A stretch of DNA of 63,135 nucleotides, the filler included, from Hausera hauseri (Eukaryota), in the NCBI GenBank assembly GCA_046269625.1. It is 10 parts of 10 records of this genome, joined end to end, with 100 filler letters (N's around TTAATTAATTAA, not from the genome) between each part and the next. Parts side by side here need not be neighbours in the genome. Positions count along the whole stretch, not along the records: positions 11,179 to 22,868 come from JBJURY010078880.1; positions 22,969 to 33,372 come from JBJURY010191082.1; 8 more parts are not named here. One strand, written 5' to 3'. The notes below the pieces were generated by a model. That model was not told where the DNA came from, did no database searches, and was given only the letters and a program-made list of their open reading frames with translations. Below are positions 11,179-23,388 of this stretch, piece after piece (the stretch's first letter is position 1; every line of letters begins with the position of its first letter). The position numbers and the translations under genes are program-made.

Positions 11179-14100
11179 CACGTTTTGTTCTTTGCCGTTT
11201 TTGAGTATTGAAATTGTGTGTGAAGTAATGTTGAGAATTTTAAACGGTCCTAAATTGTGCGGTTGAAATCCAGATGGTGACGGATTTTTCAACCATACGA
11301 ATTTTGCATTAAATAGGGAGTCAGGTAAATATGTTTTGTCGCCGTGTATTATTTTACAGAAAGAGTCTCGACTTAGTCGGTGTGTTGTCTACATCTGTCA
11401 GTTCAAAAAGTGCACGAATTGTGGTGCCAGAGTGCTTCAGCGGGTGCGCAACCGGTGGTGGTAGATGGTGTGTTGCGCCACCCGAGTAATACGAATGGAA
11501 GGATGGTAGTCCAGTTCGTATGTGTTTTGGCTAGAATTTTTAAGGAAATTTTAAGGGTTCGATGAAATCGCTCCAATAAGCCGTTCAACTAGGGATGGTA
11601 TGTAGTATGAATATGGTTTATGCCCAGTCGATAAACTAAGGATTTGAATAGGTTCGATTTGAACTGGGGGCCTTGATCTGTGATAATATAGCATGGTGAA
11701 CCGAACTGACTAATCCAAACCCTTATGAAGGCATCGGCGATGGAGTCAATGTTGATGGAGCGGAAGGGAACAGCCTCTGGCCAACGAGATGCGCGGTCCA
11801 TCATTGTTAAGACGAACTGGTGACCATTATCAGAAGGTAATGGGCCAACAATATCTAGGTAAACTGATTCGAAACGGGACGTACAGGGAAAATGAAATAA
11901 TGGTGGCTTAAAATGCTTACCTACTTTGAATTTTTTGGAAGCCATACATTGCCTAACTCAACTTTGTACATCGGATCTCATTGATGGCCATGTGACGTGA
12001 CGTTTGAGTAGGCGGAATGTAGCCTTTGAATTTGGGTGTTGCAATAAATGAATATGGTTGAATACTGTTTGTTGAAGAGAAGGTGCCAAAATTGGCAAAT
12101 GGTGCCCAGGTGTCGACGTGTCCATGGCTACGCCATCAATGATTTGGACAGATTTATATTATTTATGTATTTCAGTAGAAGGAGGATTCTAAACAAATTG
12201 TTCTTTAGAAAAAATAGGCATGGCGCTAATTGCACTAACCGATCGTGGCAAAAATTTGCTATTAAATTATCTGTGCCAGAAATATGACAGATTTTAAAGT
12301 TGAACGTTGACAAGTACGAAATATGACGTTCTTGTCGAAGTGATGGATGCTTCATGTTCATTACGTGAACGAGAGGCTTGTGGTCTATTTGAATGGTAAA
12401 AAACCGGGCGATAAGTAAATGTGAAAAATGTTTAAGAGCTAAAACGATGGCCAGGAGTTGCTTATCGAAGGTGGAATAACGGCATTCTTGTAGCTGGAGC
12501 TTACGTGAAAAGAATTCTAGTGGTTCGTTTATTCCTTGAGATATTTGATAAAGAACCGCTTCGACGGCTGTGGGTGATGTGTCGGTTGTCAGAATGAGAT
12601 CGGCATCAGGTTTTGGATAAGCCAAGATTTTAACGGTTTTAAGATTATTGCGGAGCTTATCAAACTGGTTTAGAAGTTCTGGTGTCTAATATAGAGGTTT
12701 CTTCTTTGGCCCTGCTCCTAGTTGAGCGAAAGGAGCGGTTAACTGGCTGCAGTGCGGGACGTACTTATGAACAAAATGCAGAATCCCGAGAAAGCTGCGC
12801 ATATAAGTTGTAATTTTTGGCAGCTCGATATTTCGTAATTGGTGAATCCTATCAAGCTGTGGACTGTGACCGTCAGGCGTGATGATGTACCCTACGAAGT
12901 TGACTTTCTTTTGAAAGAATGTGCATTTTGCGAAGTTAACCTGTAAGTTGTTGTTATGCAGGCGTTGGAAAACGAGCTTGAGATGTTCAGCGTGTTGCTT
13001 AGGTGAAGATGATGCTACCAATATATTGTCGATATACGGGTAAGCGAATGGTAGACGTGAAAGAATAGAGTCGATATGCCGTTGAAAAGTTTGGGCTGCG
13101 TTCTTTAAGCCAAACGGCATGAAGGCATATTCGAGGAGGCCAAATGGTGTTATTATCGCCGTTTTTTTGAATGTCTTTAGGCGCTATCGGTATTTTGGTG
13201 GTAGGCTTTTTCTAGATCTATAGTGGAGTAGATTGTAGTTTTATGCAACAAATATAAGATGTCCTTTATCAACGGTAAAGGGTAAGCATCTATGATGGTG
13301 ACATTATTAAGTTGACGATAATCGCCGCATATTCGGAATGTACCATCTTTTTTTGGTACCGCGTAAAGTGGTGAAGCTCAAGGTGACTTCGACCGGTGGA
13401 TTATTCCTGCTTGTTCAAGTAACGTAAATTCAGATCGGACTGTTTGTCGACGGCGTGGTGATAGTGGCCTGAGTTTTTGCCTGATGGGCCGAGGATTCTT
13501 GGTGATGATGTGATGGAATGTCGAGCTAGTTGGTCTAAAAGTTGGGTCTTTTGTGATCGTGTGGAAGCAGGACTTATTTATGTATTGCTGGATTTCTTGA
13601 CTTAATGAAGCAAGTGGCGTTGTTAATAAATTAGATGGTTGATCAATGACAGGACTGGATATGGTAGATATTGAACTGTCTAAATCGTCTTTGTCAACGT
13701 TTTTTACTTTGTTACCATTCGATGGAAATATAAAATTATCAAAATCAGTAGTGTTAAAATTTATATTTGCATTTAAATTATGTAATGACGTTTTTAGTAT
13801 AGGCATAACAAACGAGGTAGGCTGCGCAACCAATGGAGAGTTATCTGTATACGTTGCATCTATTTGATTGTTCCTAACTAATCTACTGTGCCTACAGTCT
13901 ACTAGGAGGTTGTAGAAAGATAAAAAATCGGAGCCAAGTATTCGTGACTGTGTGTCGGCTACAATGAAGGTCCAGGTGAAAACATCAGGAAAAGGCTGTA
14001 ACATGAACGATATTTTGGATATGCCGTACACAGTAATGATTGGCCATTAGCTGTATATAATTTCTTGGCTGACGGGGAAAGAATTTTAATTTTGGTAGAC

Positions 14101-15578
14101 AGGGGAAGAAGAGACACTGCTGCTCCAGAGTCGATTAAAAAATTAATCGATTGAGTGAGCTTACTTGTTATTAAGGCGTTTAGAGTAAATACGGCATAAG
14201 TACGGCTATTACGGTGGAGATATTTGCCTGTGCCAGCATGCGCCAAAACATCTGGCGGCTTTAGCTGTTTTTTAAAGCTACAGGATTTAAATTGTTGGAA
14301 GGAGTAGGCTGTGAGGAATTGGAACGGCCGATAAAGGTGCAACCTGCAATGCAGTTGTGCGCTTTGGTGTTAAATTTATTGCGGTATATACAAACGATGT
14401 CAGGTTGTCTGAAACTAGGCGCATAAAACCTACATCCTAAGCAACATTTATTAGTATTATTTTTGAATTTGGTGCAATAGTAACACACCATCGGTCGCGC
14501 AGGCGACCTCGCAAGTCTCGAATTTTGAGATTAAGTGCGGCTATGGCCCGCATCAAAATGATTCCGTCTCAGCATGTTCAGGGCATCTATTTTTGACGTG
14601 ATTAATGAGACTGTCTGATATATTGGCATTTTTGGTACGAAAAGAATTTATTTCTTTGTTCAGAGTTGATATTTTGTTAATCTGTTGTGTCGGTGCCCTT
14701 TGTAGCGTAGCAGCGACTAATGGCGGTGATTATGAACGTAGTATTTCGTGACTTTAATCAGCTAATTGTGCCAGTTTTTGTAGTGTCTCTGTGTTCTCGA
14801 TTATTGTGAGGAGTGCACGAATGTCTCTTGGTAGAGACTGCAAAAAGTATCTGCGTAGTAAATCAACGTTATTCGTCTGGTTGACACCCAAAGTGCTCAA
14901 CTGAGTTAATGCGGTCTGAAAAAACTCGGAAGGTTGTAAATTTCCTATAGTGTTATCATTAAAATACTTGTGGATGATATTAGCCAAAGACGGCTTTGTG
15001 ATTTTTAAGACCGAATTGAAGAGAAAATGGTATAGATCGCTGCTTTTAAAGACTTCTGACAAGTTGGAAATCTGCGATTTTGTGTGGGAGCAAGAGAATA
15101 AGAAGGATGTTTGCCTTAAGAAAAGCATCAATGATGTTGTTGGATTTTAGCCATAAAGCATGAAATTCCAGCCATGTTCGGCTGGGATGTTGTTAGTCAG
15201 CAAAGTATTCTACACAAGGTAAGTTGAAGGTAGATGACAAAGATGGAGCGGATTTTTGAGGTACGCTGATAGTGGTAACGTCGGCGAGGACTTTTTGGTC
15301 TTTAGGCGAGGCTTTCGGATCAAACCCGCCGAGTAGACAAACATGGATAGTTAGAAGAAGAGTTGACGATCTAGAAGTATAAGGTGCAAGGATTTCGGAT
15401 GACTGGAGAAAAATGCCCTTATAAGAAAGGCGGAAATTGGTAAAATTTGGTATGGTGTGTCAACACATCAGACAAGTTTTTGACCGCGGCTGTATAACTT
15501 GCATGACATTTGTGTACCTGTTGATTTTGAAAAAAGAAAACGAGTTGGATTAAATTGTCCAAAACGCCAGGGGAATAT
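11179..15578 (-). mobile_element. Ty3/Gypsy family A copy 2 internal region (gag, protease, RT, RNase H, integrase; degraded)
   Basis: Gag with two CHCC-type boxes (14261-14491), protease FLIDSGAAVSLL, RT MPFGLKNAAQTFQR/YIDN, RNase H TTDTS..LEFFSRKL, integrase DIVGPLP/TDQGPQF. Confidence 0.95.
14241..14273 (-). promoter_or_regulatory. Putative -1 programmed frameshift signal (gag to pol)
   Basis: A-AAA-AAC just before the gag stop, followed by hairpin CGCCA-gatgttt-TGGCG; same layout at 46879-46910 (A-AAA-AAC-TGA + GCCGT..ACGGC) and degenerate near 28225-28260. Confidence 0.7.
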
Positions 15579-15630
15579 TGTGGCACGCAGGGTGAAGGCA
15601 TCGCAGGCTCCCGGCAAAGTGGTTCCCGGT

Positions 15631-16218
15631 TTATCCAACCGAGAAACTAACCATCGAAGTCGAAATCGGACAATCCCTGCCCGTTAGTGTCGGGATTTTA
15701 GAATTCGAATTTTTGCTTATTGCTAGAGTTACTTTTGAATGATATTTTATGGCGTTAATTGCGATGTAAAGGGTATTTCTTTGGCCGTTTAATTTCTCGT
15801 CACCTGGTTTCGAGACAAGAATATTAGATTTTGATAATATCAAGAAAACTTCTAAAATACTGGTTACCTTTTTCTCGTAAGTTTGAACAATATGATGTCT
15901 CAGCGTTTGAGATTTTATAACCAAAATGCCAGTGAAAATGCGATTATGTTTGTTTTTAGTGGTTCGTGTATTTTTTAGAGCTTGGTGATTTAACACGTCA
16001 TTGCTCATGTTTCTCAGATTGTTCACATATGAAACTCCAAAATCAGTGCATCTATCCTGTAGTGAATCAAACCACTGAGAATTAAGAATGGGTTCAAATT
16101 TTAGCAAAACCAATGCATTATTTTCATGAGGCGAGACTCTAACGCTACTGATTTTTTGTCCAAAAAAACGACTAAGAATTTTGTGGTGGTCTATTTCTAG
16201 TGTGTTTGGAGAATCCAA
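15631..16218 (-). CDS. Hypothetical protein (cargo within putative LTR)
   Basis: 195-aa ORF, family not recognised. Confidence 0.3.
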   Translation of the reverse strand: MDSPNTLEIDHHKILSRFFGQKISSVRVSPHENNALVLLKFEPILNSQWFDSLQDRCTDFGVSYVNNLRNMSNDVLNHQALKNTRTTKNKHNRIFTGILVIKSQTLRHHIVQTYEKKVTSILEVFLILSKSNILVSKPGDEKLNGQRNTLYIAINAIKYHSKVTLAISKNSNSKIPTLTGRDCPISTSMVSFSVG

Positions 16219-16517
16219 TAATAAACTAAAATGTTAGAACCCAGCAACTGTTCAATGTAATGACTTCAAACGACACATCGAAATAGCTTTTTAAGCAATC
16301 CCAAAGGAGCCTTTCTTTTTCTAACGTTAACATGTAAAATTGTGTCAACCGAAATTTTTGTGGGCTGTTTGCTTTGGACGTGGCGGCGGGTTGTTTCCCT
16401 TTGATATTGCATAAGACGCAAAAGGCGTAGATAAAATACCCAAGAATTTTCGACGGAATATTATCAATTTTACACCTAAATGTCGTACCATGCGGTAAAA
16501 TTATAGAAATAGTCGCC

Positions 16518-18649
16518 TCAGTTAAAGGCCATATAATAGCTCAAATTACATGATAAACTCAACGAATGGCAGACGACCAGCGACTGGTGATCATTGTCAA
16601 CTTCCATGCACAAAGTTTCGGCAGCTCCTTTTTCAGTGAGCATATTAGCAATTTTGTTTTTTTCACAAGGAGTGATCTTGGTAAAATGCAGGGCATTAAC
16701 GTTCATTTCTTTTCTGTTCAACAGGGCTTCAATTATTTCCAAACTAACAGTATTATTAATAGCCAAGTGAAGTAACGTTTTACCTTGCGTTAAACCTGAT
16801 TCGTTTACTTCCATCATATATCTTCCATCTGAAGACTTCAGATTAAGCAACGTCTTTACGACTTCTCATAAATTGTTGATAACTGCGATATGTAGCAGCG
16901 AATGGTTAGTACTTTTTATTCTTCGTAGCGAATGAAGTTTTTGCTCTTATACATATTCCAATAAAACGTTCAAAATGGGTGAATTTTCATATTCGATGGC
17001 ATGTGAGACAGAATTTTTATTTATATCATCGCGAATATTAATATTACATTTTGTGTGTAGTAGCTTTTTGACAAATTCGGTTGATATATTACAAGCTGTA
17101 CTTACAATTAAAGGTGTATGCTCACTTATGTTAACCAAATTCAAAGCCCACGAACAATATGTGCATGCTATTACCAGAATTCTTTCCTCTTGTTTAATAT
17201 AACCTTTTAATACTGTGTTGTGTAATGGGGTCATTACGTCATCCTGTAGCGTAAACACCACTAGCAATTGCTTCTTAAATATTTTAACTGTTTGATAGTA
17301 AAATTTACCGAACGCGTATTTATGACCAATTTGTGCCACTTCGCTTGGACTTTTCTTCGTTTGCGTATTATTGTGACTTAAATCCAATTTACTATCGACA
17401 GGCCTTCTTTTCGGAGGGACAAATATGATTTCTTTTATTATTTTATTTCGTTTCCGTCGGTTTTTAAAATATTTGATATTTATATCACCGTTACTTTTAT
17501 TTTCCTCTTCGGAAAAGCGTTCTTCATAAACACTATCATCCTCTTCCGGAATGATGCACGCGGAATGAGAACCAAATCCGGAGTCCTGATCATAATATAA
17601 GTTAAATCTCCTCACTGTTGATATGGAAACATGTAGTTCATTTATGACGCAATCAGTTTCGATAATTGATTTAAAGGGTTGAGACTCCAACTTGGCCATT
17701 GAAAATATATTCACATAATGCTGTGTATGAATGAGTTTTTGCAATGGTGGTTCATGTAGAACTTGATTCATTGGTTCTTGTTTTCGTTGTTGAGTTCCTT
17801 TTGGTAAGAATGTATTTGTCCATTGATAATGGCTGTCGTTACAAACAATGACAAATTGGCATTTAACAATGAATGTTAACTTAACTGCAGGAAGTGGGGA
17901 AACAAATATAAGCCCATCTTGTTGTTCGCGTTGTAACGTTTTATTTCTATCAGTTATTGAGACATACGGATGAATATTATTATCACATTTTATTTTCTTT
18001 TGTAAAACAATAATTAAATGTTCGCCATTTTCGGCAACGTATTTCGAAGCCATGCACATTATTTCTATTTCGGTATTTTCTTTCGCATTTGCTACCGAAT
18101 GAATCTCAAAAAATTACCCGATATTCCCATCGATCATCGCCAACGAATTGTCATAGACAAAACACCGATATAAAAATCCAATATTCTTTGTGATATTAAT
18201 AGTAAATTTTAAATTTTAGGAATATAAAAACATAAAAAGTGCCGTGCATTACAGAATGAAGAATCCAATAACCCCACGCTGAATCGGAATGTCAGGTGGT
18301 CGAGTTGGTCCAAAAAGCATAATACAGTTCAGTGTGGTCTGTGCACATCCAAGTAGCCATGCGAGTATCGGGTGTCTGTACGGTTTTCCAAAAAGCGCTC
18401 GACTGAAAGCTTAGCCGGTTTCCTGAGTGAATTTGTCGGTAAATTCTGACAACATTGTCGGTTCTGTATGGTAAAATTACGGTGTTCCACCTTAGCTGCA
18501 TTAGAATAGTAAAATATAAAATTCATAACCGGTGCTTTTTGGTGCCTACGCTTAACTCCGACAATAAAAAGCTTCGGCACCGTAAACTTCTCCCAATCCA
18601 ATAGTAAGCAAAAGGCGTAAACATAAATATAATCAGAATAATCCAGCAT
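16518..18649 (-). pseudogene. Divergent Rel-homology/IPT + basic NLS + ankyrin-repeat gene (NF-kB p105/Relish-like architecture), disrupted
   Basis: Ankyrin motifs are clear (TPLHNTVLKG, HTPLIVS, GKTLLHLAINN). The upstream ANAKENTEIEIMCMASKYVAENGEHLIIVLQKKIK..QQDGLIFVSP resembles the RHD dimerisation (IPT) domain; basic KNRRKRNK lies between. The RHD call is by eye only. Confidence 0.5.
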
Positions 18650-19139
18650 TTGATTTCAGAGACCAATGATAATTGAACAAAAGTAAAAATGAAAGCGGAA
18701 AATCCACTGTATTTACAAAATGGCCAGCAATAAATTTAATTGAAAAAAATTTTTTGAAAAAAAATCACTCAAAAGTATATTAGTTAATTCAAACAAAAGG
18801 AGCGTGAATTGCTCACTCTGTAACGCCGGCACTTATAACAAACGTGATGAATAACTTTAACGATACGTTTTTACAAATATACTCGAATAAACATTTTCGT
18901 TTCAAGAAATACGTCGGTATTTCTTCCGTTTTCGGTTTGTTTTTATTGTCGTAACGAACGTTTTTTACCGTGTTCGAGAAAATGCAGTCGTTTCGATTTA
19001 TTGCATGGTTCGATGTCCTGATATGTTAAAGTACTTAAATCATCGGTTGATTTGCGCTTTTTGTTGTCGATGGTTCAATACCGGTTTGAGTTTAAAATTT
19101 TTCATAACGATTAGTAATATTGTGATCCATTATTAGTTT

Positions 19140-19490
19140 CCAATAAACTGTCGCAAGGTAGAATAATTTTCTCATAATTAATTTGCAGTGCATAAACGTG
19201 ATTGCTACTCATAGTTCAATTTCATACCAATTTTCGGCCAGAGTTTGTTAACGGTCACATGATCATAGCCGGCATTTTTACGAACTAATTTGTGTAATTT
19301 GTACGGATCTAGATGTCTTTGGTTGATATTTGGTACTTTCAATTTGTCGGATCCTTGCAATCGTATAAACTGGGATAATTTCGTCAGAAAATTCAATTTA
19401 ACTCGTGATTGGGCTTTCATTTCACAAAGGGTTTGTACTCTCGGTGTAAACTGAAGTGTGTTGACATTTGCAGAAAATGTCGGTTTAAGG
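19140..19490 (-). pseudogene. KDM5: KDM5/Lid fragment (end of JmjN + ARID), intronless
   Basis: KPTFSANVNTLQFTPRVQTLCEMKAQSRVKLNFL..LQG..LKVPNI..LDPYKLHKLV..W.KIG..YEKIILP matches KDM5 [22 protein letters not shown]. Confidence 0.85.
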
Positions 19491-19636
19491 AAAAAGCAAA
19501 ATCACTGGCTGAGCGGCAGCTAAACGAGCTAAGGACTGACCAAAAAGGACCACGACGGAGAGCGTTCCCGTCTACCGGTACCGGGTGACAGATAAATCTC
19601 CAGGCTTGTGGTGACGTCTACAGCCGCGGCACCACA

Positions 19637-22600
19637 TTACTCCCCCCATGGCAAAGATGACATTACGTACGGCAAAATCAAAATAAAAAGGATAAAAATG
19701 TGCCCGTGATCTCCTGAGTTTTTGTACGAACCAGACGTAGAACCATATCGATATTTTGTTCCCTGCTATATTTACTGAGGGTAACTGTCTTGCTTTGTTT
19801 GACGTGCTGTTTAACTGCTTGCTGAAATGGTTGGGGTGAAGTTATGTCTTGATTAGACATGTGGGGAAGTTGAAAACTGGTCGGTATGTTATTTAGTGTC
19901 TCTCTATGAGTTGGTGCGGATTTTAGGGTAGCAGATTGAAGTGTAGGCAGATTTCAAGAAGAATTGAAGGAGTCAAGAAAGGTTGGTGCAGACTCAGTCG
20001 AGGAATCCGGTGTGTCACTAACAAAGAACGCAGGTTTCACGTTCGTTTTGTGCAGGTTTCGTTCTTTGCCGTTTTCGAGTATTAATATTGTGTGTGAAAT
20101 AATGTTGAGAACTTTAAACGGTCTTAAATAGTGCGGTTGAAATCCATATGGCGACGGATTTTTCAACCACACGAACTTTGCTTTAAATAATGAGTCAGGT
20201 AAGTATGTTTTGTCGCCGTGTATTATTCTACAGAAAGAGTCCAAACTCAGCCGGACGAAATGATTTTGTGCAGACCTAATGGTCTCGTCAGTCGGTGTTT
20301 TGTCTAAATCGGTCATTTCAAAAAGTGCACGAATTGTAGTGCCGAAGAGTGCTTCAGCCGGTGGGCAATTGGTGGTGGTAGATGGCGTGTTTCGCCCCCC
20401 AAGTAATATGAATGGAAGGATGGTATTCCAATTCGTATGTGCTTCGGCTAGGATTTTTAGGAAAACTTTAAGAGTTCAGAGAAATCGCTCTAATAAGCCG
20501 TTCGACTGGGGTTGGTATGGAGTAGTATGAATATGGTTTATGCCCAGTCGGTTATCTAAGGATTTGGATAGGTTCGATACAAACAGGGCCTTGATCTGTA
20601 ATAATATAGAGTGGTGAACCGAACCTACTAATCCAAATCTTTATGAAGGCATCGACTATGGAGTGCAAGAGAGCGCAAGGGAACAGCCTTGGGCTAACAA
20701 GATGCGCGGCCCATCATTGTTAAGACGAACTGGTGGCCATTATCAGAAGGTAATGGGTCAACAATATCTAGGTGAACTGATTCAAAACGGGACGTACAGG
20801 GGAAATTGAATAATGGTGGCTTAAGATGCTTAGCTACTTCGAATTTGTGGCAAGCCACACATTGCCTAACCCAACCCTGTACGTTGGATTTCATTGATGG
20901 CCATGTGACGTGACGTTTGAGTATGCAGAATGTAGCTTCGAACCTGGGTGATGCAACAAATGAATATGGTTAAATGCTCTTTGTTGAAGAGAAGATGCCA
21001 AAATTGGTAAATGGTGCATAGGTGTCGATGTGTCCATGGCTACGCCATAAATGATTTGGACAGATTTATATTATTTAAGTATTTCAGTAGAAGGAGGATT
21101 CTGAACCAATTGTTCTTTAGAAAAAATAGGCATGACGCTAATTTTACTAACCGATCGTGACAAAAAATCCGCTATTAAATTACCTGTGCCAGAAATATGG
21201 CAGATTTTAAAGTTGAACACAAGTACGAAATATGACGTTCTTGTCGAAGTGATGGATACTTCATGTTCATTACGTGAACGAGGGGCTTGTGGTCTGTTTG
21301 AATGGTGAAAGACCGGGCGATAAGTAAATGTGAAAAATGTTTAAGACCTAAAACGATGGCCAGGATTTCCTTATCGAAGATGGAATAATGGAATTCTTGT
21401 GGCTGGAGCTTACGTAAAAAGAATTCTAGTGGTTCATTTACTCCTTGATATATTTGATGGAGAACCGCTCCGACGGCTGTGGTTGATGCATCGGTTGTCA
21501 GGATGAGATCGGCATCAGGTTTTGGATAAACCTAGATTTCAACGGTTTTAAGATTATTGCGGAGCTCATCGAACTGGTTTAGAAGTTCTGGCATCCAATA
21601 TAGAGGTTTCTTCTTTAGGCCTGCTCCTAGTTGAGCGAAAGGAGGAGTTAACTGGCTGCAGTGAGGGACGTATTTATGAACTAAATGCAAAGTCCCGAGA
21701 AAACTGCGCATATCAGTTGTGATTTTTGGTAATTCGATATTTCGTAATTGGTGGATTCTATCAGGCTGTGGGCTGTGACCGTCAGGTGTGATGATGTGAC
21801 CTAGGAAGTTGACTTTCTTTTGAAAGAATGTGCATTTTGCGAAGTTAACCTGTAAGTTGTTGTTATGCAGGCGTTGTAAAACAAGCTTAAGGTGTTCAGC
21901 GTGTTGCTTAGGTGAAGATGATGCTACCAATATATCGTTGATATATGGGTAAGCGAATGTTAGGCCTAAAAGGATAGAATCAATATGCCGTTGAAACGTT
22001 TGGGCTGCGTTCTTTAAGCCAAACAGCATGAAGGTGTATTCGAAGAGGCCAAATGGTGTTATTATCGACATTTTTTGGATGTCTTCAGGCGCTACTGGTA
22101 TTTGGTGGTAGGTTTTTTCTAGGTCTATAGTGGAGTAGATTGTAGTTTTATGAAACGAATGTAAGATGTCTTTTATCAAAGGTAAAGGGTAAGCATTTAT
22201 GATTGTGACGTTATTACGTTGACGATAATCTCCTTATGGTCGGAATGTACCATCTTTTTTGGGTACCACGTGAAGTGGTGAAGCCCAAGGTGACTTTGAA
22301 CCGTGGATTATTCCTGCTTGTTCAAGTAACGTGAATTCCGATTGGACTGCTTGTCGACTACGTGGTGATAGTGGCCTGAGTTTTTGCCTGATGAGTCGAG
22401 GATTCTGGGTGATGATGTGATGGAATGTCGAGCTATTTGGTCTAAAAGTTGGGTCCTTTGTGATCGTGCGGGAGCAAGACTTAGTTATGTATTGCTGGTT
22501 TTCTTGACTTAATGAAGCAAAGGGCGTGGTTAGTAAATTAGATGGTTGATCAATGGCAGAACTGGATATGGTGAATATTAAACTGTCTAAATCGCCTTTG

Positions 22601-22868
22601 TCAACGTTTTCTACTTTGTTACCATTCGATGGGAATGTAAAATTATCAAAATCAGTAGTGTTAAAATTCATATTTGCATTTAAATTAGGTAATGATGTTT
22701 TTAGTATAGGCCTGACAATCGAGGCAGGCTGCGCAACCGATGGAGGGTTATCTGTATATGTTGCATTTACTTGATTGTTTTTAACTAATCTACTGTGTCT
22801 ACAGTCTACTAGGAGGATGTAGAAAGATAAAAAATCGGAGCCGGGTATTGGTGACTGTGTGTCGGCTA
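19637..22868 (-). mobile_element. Ty3/Gypsy family A copy 3 (RT, RNase H, integrase, PPT; degraded)
   Basis: RT ORF 21532-22179, integrase fragments, PPT at 19637-19647; closely related to copy 2. Confidence 0.95.
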
Positions 22869-22968
22869 NNNNNNNNNNNNNNNNNNNNNNNNNNNNNNNN
22901 NNNNNNNNNNNNTTAATTAATTAANNNNNNNNNNNNNNNNNNNNNNNNNNNNNNNNNNNNNNNNNNNN

Positions 22969-23260
22969 TACCATTGGTGGTCGTTCTATAGATGTAACGT
23001 TCCATTTTGTTGATTCCAGTTACTTTCTAGTTAACAATTTCTTATTCCACAGTTTGTACAAATATTATAAAGTTATATGTAGTTTTTGTCTGTGCGCCTG
23101 TTAATTTTTGGGCAAGTCAAATGTTGATAACTATCAATTTCAATGTGTTTGTACGTGATTAGCTACGTTAAAAAATAATACAATTGATTAATCTGAAATT
23201 TTGAATTTTTTACTCTTTTTTCATTCTACCAAATGTCGGGATTATCGTTGGAACGACATT
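22969..23260 (+). repeat. Segment shared by the two LTRs of copy 4 (direct repeat of 32207-32500)
   Basis: TACCATTGGTG...GTTGGAACGACATT is near-identical in both copies, followed by abrupt divergence. Confidence 0.92.
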
Positions 23261-23388
23261 GTTGGAACATTATTTATCTAACGACTACGTTTCTTCAACA
23301 ATGCAAAGATTCAACCGAAGTTTTCATTACAGCGTACGACAATTTCCTCAAGTAAAACATTACATCAGTCACTAAAAGGAATCGAGAT

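Larger units (their letters stand above)
15579..19636 (-). repeat. Putative about 4.06-kb LTR between two tandem family A elements, carrying gene cargo
   Basis: Starts TGTGG right after the PPT GGGGGGAGTAA of copy 3 and ends CCACA just upstream of the leader and gag of copy 2. Confidence 0.6.

Noticed and set aside
19462-19482. GACATTT/AAATGTC hairpin near the KDM5 junction as the same cassette site as 23231-23260
   Set aside because: The arms are in the opposite order and lie within KDM5 coding sequence; probably chance.
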